Source: a virus (Duplodnaviria > Caudoviricetes). Taken from it: a DNA stretch of 63,414 bases. The position numbers were made by a program, and so were the translations under genes. The notes below the pieces were generated by a model that saw only the letters and a program-made list of their open reading frames with translations, was not told where the DNA came from and did not search any database. This document shows positions 38,790-48,259 of this stretch, piece after piece (within the stretch, counting starts at the first letter, position 1; each line of letters opens with the position of its first letter). The stretch spans positions 1-63,414 of IMG/VR virus record IMGVR_UViG_3300029822_000009; one strand, given 5' to 3'.

Positions 38790-39201
38790 TAGAAAAGAAG
38801 ATTTAATAGAATGGGTACAGTATAATGCTAAAAGAATAAGTAAACATAAATTAGTATGTACCGGCACTACTGGTAAATTAATAATGGTGGCATTAGATGA
38901 AAAAGGATATTCAACAGAAATGGAAATACTTAAAAGTGGTCCATTGGGAGGAGATCAAGAATTAGGAGCAAGAATAACAAATGAAGAAATTGATGTTTTG
39001 ATATTTTTATGGGATCCTATGTCAGTTCAACCACATGATGTTGATGTTAAAGCTTTATTAAGATTATCTGTATTATATAATATACCAACAGCATCTAATA
39101 GGTCGACAGCAGATTATATTATATCATCAGAATTGTTTAAAGACAAAGATTATAAACCAACTAAAAAAGATTATTCTAAATACATTAATAGAGAAATATA
39201 A
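38755..39201 (+). CDS. mgsA: Methylglyoxal synthase
   Basis: LVAHDNRK, TGTTG, SGPLGGDQ, WDP...QPHDVDVKALLR. Confidence 0.93.
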   Translation: MRKTIGLVAHDNRKEDLIEWVQYNAKRISKHKLVCTGTTGKLIMVALDEKGYSTEMEILKSGPLGGDQELGARITNEEIDVLIFLWDPMSVQPHDVDVKALLRLSVLYNIPTASNRSTADYIISSELFKDKDYKPTKKDYSKYINREI

Positions 39202-39202
39202 T

Positions 39203-39925
39203 ATGAAAACAAATAAAGTGTATAATGGTGATTGTTTAGAAATAATGAAAAATATACCAGATAAATCTATTGATTTAATTGTTTGTGATTTACCATTTGG
39301 TTCAACCGCAAATAATTGGGATATTATAATACCATTTGAACCTTTATGGGAACAATATAAAAGAATAATGAAAAAAGAAACACCTATAATTCTATTCGGT
39401 ACAGGTTTATTTGCATATAAATTAGCATTATCTAACGAAAAAATGTTTAAATATGAAATAATATGGCATAAATCAAAATCTGGTTCTGCCTTTACTGCTA
39501 AATATAGACCAGTTGCTAAGCATGAAAATATATTGGTTTTTGGTAAAGGAAAAATAAAATATAATCCACAATTAATTGAAGGCGAACCTTATAAAAGAAA
39601 ATGGACAGAACATAAATTAAACAACATGAAATATGGTTTTAAAGGAGTAGAACATGATAATAAAGGAACTAGACATCCAGGTAGTGTTCAATTTTTCCAA
39701 CAAAAATGGAGAAGACAAGATCAAGTCCATCCAACTCAAAAACCAGTAGAATTGTTAGAATGGATTATAAAATCGTATTCAAATGAAGATGATATTGTAT
39801 TGGATAATACCGCAGGTAGTGGAACAACTGGTGTCGCATGTATAAATACAAATAGAAATTATATTTTAATTGAAAAAGAACAAAAATATATTGACATAAT
39901 AAATAAAAGATTAAATAATGGATAA
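39203..39925 (+). CDS. DNA methyltransferase (N4C/N6A, beta-like)
   Basis: GDCLE, CDLPFG, HENILVF, HPTQKP, VLDNTAGSGTT. Confidence 0.9.
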   Translation: MKTNKVYNGDCLEIMKNIPDKSIDLIVCDLPFGSTANNWDIIIPFEPLWEQYKRIMKKETPIILFGTGLFAYKLALSNEKMFKYEIIWHKSKSGSAFTAKYRPVAKHENILVFGKGKIKYNPQLIEGEPYKRKWTEHKLNNMKYGFKGVEHDNKGTRHPGSVQFFQQKWRRQDQVHPTQKPVELLEWIIKSYSNEDDIVLDNTAGSGTTGVACINTNRNYILIEKEQKYIDIINKRLNNG

Positions 39926-40331
39926 AGAAATAATTAGAAAAAAATGGGAGCCTATTATAGAAATGCAAATAGAACCTATTAAATTAGATTATCAAACAGA
40001 AGTGGAAATATCAGTATGGGTAGAGAGGTATATGGCTTCAAATATAGAACACGAAAGAAGGATATCATTTTTAACAACATCATTTAAAAAATATAGAAAC
40101 TTATTATTAACCGATAAAGGATATTCAATTAATGTAATAAAAACTTTTTATAATCCATTAATAAATGAAATATGTTATGAATTAGAAAACGGCGAAGTTA
40201 TAATTAATAATAAAAAATATGAAACTCAAATTAGTAGTGACTATAGAATAAATTTATTTTATTCAATTGTTGATCCTGGTAATCCTAAATTAAGAAATTT
40301 AAAAATTAATAAATTAATAAATGGTAGATAA
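39918..40331 (+). CDS. Hypothetical protein with capsid-like N-terminus (KKWEPIIE) and RNLKINKL tag
   Basis: ORF track. Confidence 0.6.
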   Translation: MDKEIIRKKWEPIIEMQIEPIKLDYQTEVEISVWVERYMASNIEHERRISFLTTSFKKYRNLLLTDKGYSINVIKTFYNPLINEICYELENGEVIINNKKYETQISSDYRINLFYSIVDPGNPKLRNLKINKLINGR

Positions 40332-40617
40332 ATATTTAATAAAAGTAATAAGACATTTTAATTCTTTAGAAAAAGAATTAGATAATATCATTCAATCCAT
40401 AAAAAGTAAAAAATTAAATGATTATGAATTATTAAAACTACGAAGTCCCAACGAAATATTAACAGATGTGGAAGAAACATCATATGAACTAAGAAGAATA
40501 GAACCTAATAAGAAAATAAGAAAATTAACTGAATTATTTATATATTTTTTAGATAAAGAAGATTATAATAATTGTCAAAAAATAATAAATATTATAAAAT
40601 GCAAGAAATCACAATAG
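40321..40617 (+). CDS. Hypothetical protein
   Basis: ORF track. Confidence 0.55.
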   Translation: MVDKYLIKVIRHFNSLEKELDNIIQSIKSKKLNDYELLKLRSPNEILTDVEETSYELRRIEPNKKIRKLTELFIYFLDKEDYNNCQKIINIIKCKKSQ

Positions 40618-41066
40618 AATATGAAAGAAGATTTATTTTAAAAGATTTTCCAAATGATTTTGATACATACAAAAAATCAAGAATAGAACAATGGTATTTA
40701 ACTAAACCGGATAATCCAGTTTCTATAAGAATAAGAAGATATGATGATGGTAGATGTTATTTTGATGTTAAGAAAGGGTTTGGTATGGAAAGAGAAAAGA
40801 TAGGAAATAAACATGAATTTAAAGATATTGAAATATATACTAAAAATGCATACCCTATGCAAAAAGATAGATATAAAAAACACCATGATGATTATCTTAT
40901 GATAATTGATATATTTGATGATGGATTAAAACTAATAGAAATAGAATCTAAAAATAAAGACGTAATTCAAAATTTTCAACCTTTAGATTGGTTTGGTGAA
41001 GAAGTTACTAATAATATTGAATATACTAATAATTATATTGCTTATGATAATTATTTAAAACATTAA
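40599..41066 (+). CDS. CYTH domain protein
   Basis: EYERRF, IEQWYL, IRIR, K.RY, IEIE, WFGEEVT...Y.N; ATG at 40599. Confidence 0.8.
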   Translation: MQEITIEYERRFILKDFPNDFDTYKKSRIEQWYLTKPDNPVSIRIRRYDDGRCYFDVKKGFGMEREKIGNKHEFKDIEIYTKNAYPMQKDRYKKHHDDYLMIIDIFDDGLKLIEIESKNKDVIQNFQPLDWFGEEVTNNIEYTNNYIAYDNYLKH

Positions 41067-41452
41067 TCATAGTATAAATTCATACAAATAACTCTAAATA
41101 GTTCGTGATCACTATCACCCTTTGATGTCACCTTAAAACCAAAACCATAATCATCTTCAGTTGAATCATCTACTATTCTATCTTTTTGCCTATCAATGGG
41201 ATTTATATTATGTAACCAATCTTTAACAAATTCAAAACATTTATCTTCATTAAATGGTTTCTTGAATTTAATTACACCTTCGCTATCTCTCCAATATAAT
41301 ATTAACGTATCAACTGTACTAGTAAAACCGATAACTTCATGGTGTGTTGAAAATGCAATTTTAATTGCACTCCTTAAAACATCAATGGAATCAGATTTAA
41401 TTTTGAATACATTAATTATCGCGTTACTATATAATTTGTCTTTAGTTGCCAT
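41063..41452 (-). CDS. Hypothetical protein
   Basis: ORF track; likely start MATKDK. Confidence 0.55.
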   Translation of the reverse strand: MATKDKLYSNAIINVFKIKSDSIDVLRSAIKIAFSTHHEVIGFTSTVDTLILYWRDSEGVIKFKKPFNEDKCFEFVKDWLHNINPIDRQKDRIVDDSTEDDYGFGFKVTSKGDSDHELFRVICMNLYYD

Positions 41453-41517
41453 GACATTATATTTTAGTATCAACAAATTATAAAAGTTTAAAAAATTTTT
41501 AAAATAATTAAAAAATA

Positions 41518-41546
41518 AAAAAGGGAGTTAAAAACTCCCTCTTTTA
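41518..41546 (-). terminator. dnaK terminator
   Basis: agggagtt-aaa-aactccct hairpin with a U-tract on the minus strand. Confidence 0.7.
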
Positions 41547-44500
41547 TTTCACTTCTTCAAAATCGGCATCTGTAACATTTTGATCACCATTGTCTTGTGG
41601 TGGATTATCCTGTGGTGCATCCTGTGGTTGTGATTGATAAATTCTAGTTGAAATTTCATTCCATTTTTTGATAATATTTTCAGTATCAATCTTAATTTTA
41701 TCAAAATCTTTTTCAGAATGAGATTTTTTCAATTCTTCTACCAATTTTGTCAAATCTTCCTTTTCATTATCAATGAATTTATCAGTGAATTCTTCGATTT
41801 GTTTTTCTGTTTGAAATACCATTGAATCAGCATTATTCAAAATATCTATTTCTTCTTTTGTCTTTTTATCAGATTCTTCATTTTCTTTAGCTTCTCTTTT
41901 CATTCTTTCAATTTCATCATCTGATAAATTAGATGAACCTTCTATTCTAATAGATTGTTTTTTACCTGTTCCTTTATCTTCTGCTGATACATGTAATATT
42001 CCATTTGCATCCACATCTAGCATCACTTCTATTTGTGGTACTCCTCTTCTAGCAGGTGGTATACCATCTAGGTGAAATCTACCTAATGTTTTATTATCTT
42101 TTGCTAAAGGTCTTTCACCTTGAAGAACATGTATCTCTACACTTGGTTGATTGTCAGATGCAGTTGAGAAAACCTGTGATTTTCTTGTTGGTATTGTAGT
42201 ACCAGCTTCCACTAATTTTGTCATTACATTACCCATCGTTTCAATTCCTAATGAAATTGGAATAATATCAAGAAGTAATACATCATCAACTGTACCAGTT
42301 AATACACCACCTTGAATTGCTGCTCCCATAGCTACTGATTCATCAGGGTTTAATATTTTTGATGGTTCTTTTCCAAATACTTCTTTAGCAACTTTTTGTA
42401 CAATTGGTATTCTTGTTGATCCACCAACTAGTAAAATTTCATCAATATCAGATGCATTATAACCAGAATCCTTTAATGATTTAATACATGGTTCTTTTAA
42501 TTTTTTTAATAACTCATCACTAAGTTGTTCAAATTTTGCTCTTGATAATGTCGTAACCAAATGTTTTGGTATACCGTCTACTGGCATAATATATGGTAGA
42601 TTAATTTCAGTTGATGTAGTAGATGATAATTCTATTTTAGCTTTTTCAGCTGCTTCTCTTAATCTCTGATATGCCATTTTATCTTGTTTAATATCAATAC
42701 CATTTTCTGACTTAAATTGTTCAACTAACCAATCTACAATAACTTCATCAAAATTATCACCACCTAAATTTACATCACCATTAGTTGATTTTACTTCAAA
42801 TACACCATCACCTAGTTCTAAAATCGAAATGTCAAATGTACCCTTTTTGTTATCGTTAAGCTCTTTATCTTAACTTCTACATATTTCTATGTAGTTCAGA
42901 CTATATCTTAAAAAGTGTTTAAAAAGTCATCTAAATATTGTGTAAAAATAATTTTATATACCATATTGTTTTCTTTTGCATATTTTTTAGCAATTCTTTC
43001 TTTCATTAACCATTTACCACTTTTAACTTGTTCTTTATGCCATATATGATTATCTTTTATTTCCAATAAAATTTTTTTATCTGGTATTTCAAAATCAACA
43101 TAATAGTGATACAATTTATTATTAAAATAATAATCTAGTATAGGTCCATTTTTTATTAAGATTTTTTTATTATTCATAAAATTAATAACTTTTAATTCTG
43201 GTTTACTTTGATAATTTACTATATCATTATTTATGTTTAAATGTTTTCTTAATTTAAAAGTTTTATTAACAAATGAACAATTTTTACACATTATTTTATA
43301 ATTATTTATTTTTTCTTTTGGTTTTCTTGTTGTATTAAAAGTACACCCACAATTATCACATTTATAAGTTATATTATTAAAATTTATAAATAAATCATTT
43401 TTAAAATCATATAAATATGATGAATATTTTATTTGATTATTAGTTTTTAAGTGTTCATAAAAAATAAAATTATCATTAAATAATATACCATTTACTTTAA
43501 CTATTGATTTTTTTATTTTATTAAAATCATCAATATTGATATGTGTATTATAATAATTCTTAATAAAAATTTTAGATTCATTAAAAAAATCATTATTAGA
43601 TTCATTTATATAATCTATACTATTAATTTTTTTTGGTTTTATTTTAATATTCTTTGGTTTTATTTTGCCATTTTTACTATATGTTTCCTTCATAAACATT
43701 GATTGATTTAATCTTTTATCATATGTTTCAGAACAATTTATACAATTTAATGTTTTTTTTACTAAAAATTTTTTTAGTAAAATTGTGTGTGTATTACCAC
43801 ATGTATGACAAACATAAGTTATTTTTGTTCTTTTTAATTTTACCAAATTATTATTAAAATATAAACGTTTTGTTAAATTATTAGTTATTATAGATTTTTC
43901 TGTTATAATGTCAAATGTACCACCTGATAATATGACATTATCTACAATAACATTTTTAATATTTTTACACAATATTTCAAAGAACTCTTTATTTTCGTTC
44001 ATACATTTAATTTTTATTTTATATATTAAAATCAAATGTACCACTTTTTTCCATTTTTCATGGGAATTTTATCATATGAATAATTCACTTAGATTACTTT
44101 TCCTAGTCGTTGAACCTTTTTCCTCTTTCAAGGAAACTTGGCTGCTGATTGTCCAATTCTTTAATTTTTTAAACCATCACACTTATAATTACTTATTATG
44201 TTGTGGTATTAAAGACTCTAAGGAGTTTCCAGCAATTTAATGGATTTTAAATATTTAAAAGAACGATATTCTAAATACTAACGGGAGGCAGTCATTTTAA
44301 TTTTTACCACCCAAATCAAACACAGCAATCTTTTTATCACCTTTAACTTTATCCATTCCATATGAAAGTGATGCTGCTGTTGGTTCATTAATAATTCTTA
44401 ATACATTAAGTCCAGCAATTTCACCTGCTTCTTTAGTTGCAGTTCGTTCTTGATCGTTAAACCAGGCGGGAACTGTAATAACTGCATCTTTAACTTCTGT

Positions 44501-45157
44501 ACCTAAGTATTCTTCCGCTGTTTTTTTCATTTTTTGAAGAACAATAGCAGAAATTTCTTGTGGAGTATAGTCTCTATCATTAACTTCAACAACGGCTAAA
44601 CCGTTTTTACCTTCTTTTACTTTAAATGGAAAATGTAGATGTTTTATATCCTCATATTTCTTTCCAATTAATCTTTTAACACTAAAAATAGTGTTTTCAT
44701 TAGTGATCATTTGTCTTTTTGCTGGATCACCAACTTTAATTTCACCATTTGGCATAAAACCAACAATTGAAGGTGTTGTTCTTTTACCTTCACTATTTGC
44801 AATCACTGTTGATTGACCATTTTCAATAACAGATACACACGAATTTGTTGTACCTAAATCTCTTTACCACACTTAGTTTCCTAAGCCATTTCTGTTGTGG
44901 TCTGGACTATACCATTATCCTTTTTACAGGATAGAGTGATTATAGTCTCTGAACCTTATTCCTAATAGGAATCTTGGCTGCGGATTGCCCAATTTCAATT
45001 GTTTTTACTATACCTTTGTCATTAACATCGCCATTATTATATTACTACAATAACTTAGTAAATTGAACTTAAGGGTGTTCCCGCAATTTACACTCTTTAA
45101 TCATCTTATGTTACCATAAGAGGGGACCGATTAATTAATCCCAATACATTTACTCAT
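41544..45157 (-). CDS. dnaK: Chaperone DnaK, three exons: 45157-45138, 44861-44306, 42842-41544 (624 aa spliced)
   Basis: Joined exons give MSKCIGI|DLGTTNS...TVPAWF...DLGG|GTFDISIL...VGGSTRIP...DADFEEVK in frame (20+556+1299 nt). Confidence 0.93.
42843..44305 (-). ncRNA. Group I intron 2 in dnaK (1463 nt) carrying an endonuclease ORF
   Basis: 5' exon ends in U, intron ends in G. P AAUUGCUGGAA (44227-37), Q AAUCAGCAGC (44141-50), R GUUCAACGACUA (44104-15), S AAGAUAUAGUCU (42898-909). Confidence 0.92.
42908..44002 (-). CDS. Intron-encoded putative homing endonuclease (CxxC zinc ribbons plus PD-(D/E)XK-like domain)
   Basis: [14 protein letters not shown]....LEIKD.H.WH; lies between R and S; own TATATA promoter at ~44020-44025. 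Confidence 0.8.
   Translation of the reverse strand: MNENKEFFEILCKNIKNVIVDNVILSGGTFDIITEKSIITNNLTKRLYFNNNLVKLKRTKITYVCHTCGNTHTILLKKFLVKKTLNCINCSETYDKRLNQSMFMKETYSKNGKIKPKNIKIKPKKINSIDYINESNNDFFNESKIFIKNYYNTHINIDDFNKIKKSIVKVNGILFNDNFIFYEHLKTNNQIKYSSYLYDFKNDLFINFNNITYKCDNCGCTFNTTRKPKEKINNYKIMCKNCSFVNKTFKLRKHLNINNDIVNYQSKPELKVINFMNNKKILIKNGPILDYYFNNKLYHYYVDFEIPDKKILLEIKDNHIWHKEQVKSGKWLMKERIAKKYAKENNMVYKIIFTQYLDDFLNTF
44862..45137 (-). ncRNA. Group I intron 1 in dnaK (276 nt, ORF-less)
   Basis: P1 exon GGGAU pairs with intron GUCCC giving the U-G wobble; P AAUUGCGGGAA, Q AAUCCGCAGC, R GUUCAGAGACUA, S GGUAUAGUCC; terminal G at 44862. Confidence 0.92.
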
Positions 45158-45177
45158 AATTTTTATTTTTTTTTTAA

Positions 45178-45906
45178 TTAGACATTATTGTTATTTTCAT
45201 TTATTTTATTATTTAAAAAAAATTTCCAATTATCTCTATTATAATTGGTTATACCGTGACATTTATAACATAAACAAACTAAATTATTTTCATTTATATT
45301 TTCTTTATCATAATCTATATGATGAATTGCTAATTTTTGTGTATGTTTATCACAAATTACACATTTATATTTATATTTTTCTTTTATTTTTCTTTTTAAT
45401 TTTTTATTAAAACCAAAAGGATATGGTTCACAGGATGTTCCACCTTTCCAATTTGGGTGATATTCTCCTTTTGGTGTATTTTCTAATAATTTTAAATATC
45501 CATCAATTGTATATGACCTCTTTCCTTTTCTATTATCACTTGATATTTTTTTATATTCTTCAGAATGTTTTTTATTATACATTCCATTTTTTTCCTTTAA
45601 TCTGGGATTTTCCGATAAATATTTTTTAAGACTTTCTGATATTTTTAAAGCGACTTCTTTATTAGTTGATGGGTTATTATTACCACTAACTCTTAAACTT
45701 GCTTCATATCTTATTCTATCTGCTACTTCTTTACCAACTCTATCTTCCCATTTTATATTTCGTTGCCATTCATTTTGACATTTAGTTGAACAAAATCTTT
45801 TATTATGAACAGGTTTTCCAAAATTTTTACTATTTTTCTTTGAAACCAATTTTATTTCCATAATATTATCACATATTTCACATTTTTTATAAATAATATT
45901 TTCCAT
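45178..45906 (-). CDS. Free-standing HNH endonuclease with NUMOD3-like motifs
   Basis: FCSTKC, NGMYNKKHSEE, HPNWKGG, CVIC....LAIHHIDY.K.N....NLVCLC..CH. Confidence 0.85.
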   Translation of the reverse strand: MENIIYKKCEICDNIMEIKLVSKKNSKNFGKPVHNKRFCSTKCQNEWQRNIKWEDRVGKEVADRIRYEASLRVSGNNNPSTNKEVALKISESLKKYLSENPRLKEKNGMYNKKHSEEYKKISSDNRKGKRSYTIDGYLKLLENTPKGEYHPNWKGGTSCEPYPFGFNKKLKRKIKEKYKYKCVICDKHTQKLAIHHIDYDKENINENNLVCLCYKCHGITNYNRDNWKFFLNNKINENNNNV

Positions 45907-46020
45907 TTTATTATATTTATTTTTAATTATATATTAAAAATATAAACTCCAAAAATGTTAAATATTATTTGGTATCGACTATAATTTATTTTTTAGTTAA
46001 TATTATTTGTTCGTTATTTA

Positions 46021-46035
46021 TCAATTAACATGCCA
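46021..46035 (-). promoter_or_regulatory. Sigma54-like -24/-12 element upstream of HNH-dnaK
   Basis: TGGCATGTTAATTGA on minus strand; TGACATA repeats just upstream. Confidence 0.5.
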
Positions 46036-46218
46036 TTAGATTTTTATGACATAATGACATAAAATTTTAAATAAAATATGACATATAATGTATCTATATA
46101 ATAAATAAAAGTTTATTTTTGGACTTTAAAGATTAAATATATAATATACTTGTTAATAACTTTTTTTATTTAAAATTATATTAATACTTATATTTGTACA
46201 AAAATTAAAAAAAATCTT

Positions 46219-46869
46219 ATGATAAAAATATTTAAATTAATAACTATTATTATATTATTGTTTCTACCTATAAGGTCTGCTACTTTTTCATTAAATGATG
46301 ATTATAAAAGAATTAGGCATGATTTATCAATAAAAAAGATATTATCTAATGATATAAGAGAAGAAATACATATAATATTATATGATGATAATGATAAAAA
46401 GACATTAAAAAAATTAAAAATAGATATTATTAATGGTGTAGATGATAATCATTTATTATATATGGAATATCAAAGAAAATATTATAATATACCTAAAGAA
46501 ATATATTATAGACAATTATGGCAAGAAAGTACATACAATCCAAATGCAAAAAGTCACATGGGCGCAATTGGATACATGCAAGTATTACCAAGTACATTTA
46601 ATAGGGTTAAAGATTATTTAGAATTAGATATAGAAGATATAAATAATCCATACGACAATATAAAATGTGGTGCTTTTCTTATGAGACATTTAAAAAATAG
46701 AATAGATAACAGATATCCAAACTATAATGAATATAAAAAGTGGAAACGTACATTATCGTCATACAACGCTGGATATTCTGTTCATAATAAAGCTTTAAGA
46801 GATTATACGGAAACTAAACAATACGTAGAATTTATATTGGGAATATATGAACTACAAACAAACTATTGA
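46219..46869 (+). CDS. Lytic transglycosylase (SLT) with N-terminal signal/anchor
   Basis: QES.YNPNAKSHMGAIGYMQV.P.T, NIKCG, SYNAG, ETKQYV. Confidence 0.88.
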   Translation: MIKIFKLITIIILLFLPIRSATFSLNDDYKRIRHDLSIKKILSNDIREEIHIILYDDNDKKTLKKLKIDIINGVDDNHLLYMEYQRKYYNIPKEIYYRQLWQESTYNPNAKSHMGAIGYMQVLPSTFNRVKDYLELDIEDINNPYDNIKCGAFLMRHLKNRIDNRYPNYNEYKKWKRTLSSYNAGYSVHNKALRDYTETKQYVEFILGIYELQTNY

Positions 46870-48257
46870 ACCCTAATGGGTAAAGATTTGTTTGTTTCTA
46901 CGCCACAAGCACAATGCAACCATTCACTTTGAGTGACGCTGGGCTGGTTCCTCAACCCAAAATTTCTTATATTTATTGCAGCATTTACATCTCTATCATG
47001 TTGATAATCACATACTTGACATGTCCAATTTCTATCATTTAATTTTAAATTTTTATTTATTGAACCACAATTTGAACACGTTTTACTTGATGGATCGAAT
47101 CTACCAATGATTGAAAGGTTTTTCCCATACCAGTCACACTTATACTCTAAAAATGATTTAAATGTGTACCAACCCATGTCACCGATTGATCGACTTAAAT
47201 TTTTATTTTTCAACATATTAGATACACCAAGATCTTCAATACAAATCGTGTCATAATTATCTACTAAAAACTTACTTATTTTATGTAAATAATCAAGTCT
47301 TTGATTTTTAATGTGTTCATGTAAAAGTGCAACTTTTAATTTTTGTTTTAAATAATGATTTGATCCTTTTTGTTTCCTTGCTAAAGAACGCTGCTCAACC
47401 CTTAACATTTTCATTGAAGATTTAAAGAAATCTTGGTTCTTGAATTTCTTTCCATCTGAAGTTATAACTAAATCTTTGATACCTAAATCAATACCAACAG
47501 TTGTTTCTAGTCTTATCGGTTTCTTTTCAGGAAAAGATTTTTTATTGTCTACTAAAATTGAAATATAGTATTTATTAGTCACTGATTTACTTATAGTTAT
47601 AGTTTTTATATCACCTTTAAATTCTCGATGATAATCAATATCAACCATTTTAAGTTTTGGAATGAAAATTTGTTTTTTATCATTTGATAGTTTCACTCCT
47701 TGAGGGAGTTGAAATGACTGTTTTCCATATTTTGATTTAAACTTTGGAAACCCTTGTCCCTTAAAGAAATTTGTATACGCATTATCAAGATTTCTCATTG
47801 TCATCTGTAAAGCTTGTGATGGACAATCGTTTAACCAAGTTAAATCTTTCTTTAAATCAGTGATTTGTTTGTTTAAATCAAAACAGGTTAAATGTTTTTT
47901 ATTTGCAGTATATGCTTGGATTTTAGTCTCTAAACCTAGATTATATACGAATCTAACTTGACCAAAAATATTTAATAACAATTCTTTTTGGTTTTGATCT
48001 GGATATATTCTATATTTGTAAGACTTTAACATTTACAGAAAACTTTTTTTATTTGTAATTATATATTAATTTGAAAAGGTCACTTTTTTCTATTTTTGAT
48101 GGACTTGGGTGTTAAATTTATTTAACATATTAAAAATCAATTAATTAAAAATTAAAAATATTTAAAAAATAATTTGAAATTCATCCAACAAACTATTAAA
48201 CCCTAAAGGGTAAAGATTTTTTGGTTTTCTTTCAAAAATCATATAAAAACAGTGTGT
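46847..48257 (-). mobile_element. IS200/IS605-family tnpB-only element (ends approximate)
   Basis: Near-identical subterminal hairpins at 46857-46889 and 48187-48219 (31/33 nt); no tnpA. Confidence 0.75.
46863..48032 (-). CDS. tnpB: RNA-guided endonuclease TnpB
   Basis: YKYRIYP, GFPKFKSK, GIDLGIK, IEDL, PSSKTCSNCG, C..C...HDRDVNAAINI; RuvC D-E-D intact. Confidence 0.92.
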   Translation of the reverse strand: MLKSYKYRIYPDQNQKELLLNIFGQVRFVYNLGLETKIQAYTANKKHLTCFDLNKQITDLKKDLTWLNDCPSQALQMTMRNLDNAYTNFFKGQGFPKFKSKYGKQSFQLPQGVKLSNDKKQIFIPKLKMVDIDYHREFKGDIKTITISKSVTNKYYISILVDNKKSFPEKKPIRLETTVGIDLGIKDLVITSDGKKFKNQDFFKSSMKMLRVEQRSLARKQKGSNHYLKQKLKVALLHEHIKNQRLDYLHKISKFLVDNYDTICIEDLGVSNMLKNKNLSRSIGDMGWYTFKSFLEYKCDWYGKNLSIIGRFDPSSKTCSNCGSINKNLKLNDRNWTCQVCDYQHDRDVNAAINIRNFGLRNQPSVTQSEWLHCACGVETNKSLPIRVQ

Positions 48258-48259
48258 AA

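Noticed and set aside
41544-44806. dnaK as a pseudogene or two separate genes
   Set aside because: Group I cores and exact in-frame junctions explain the fragmentation
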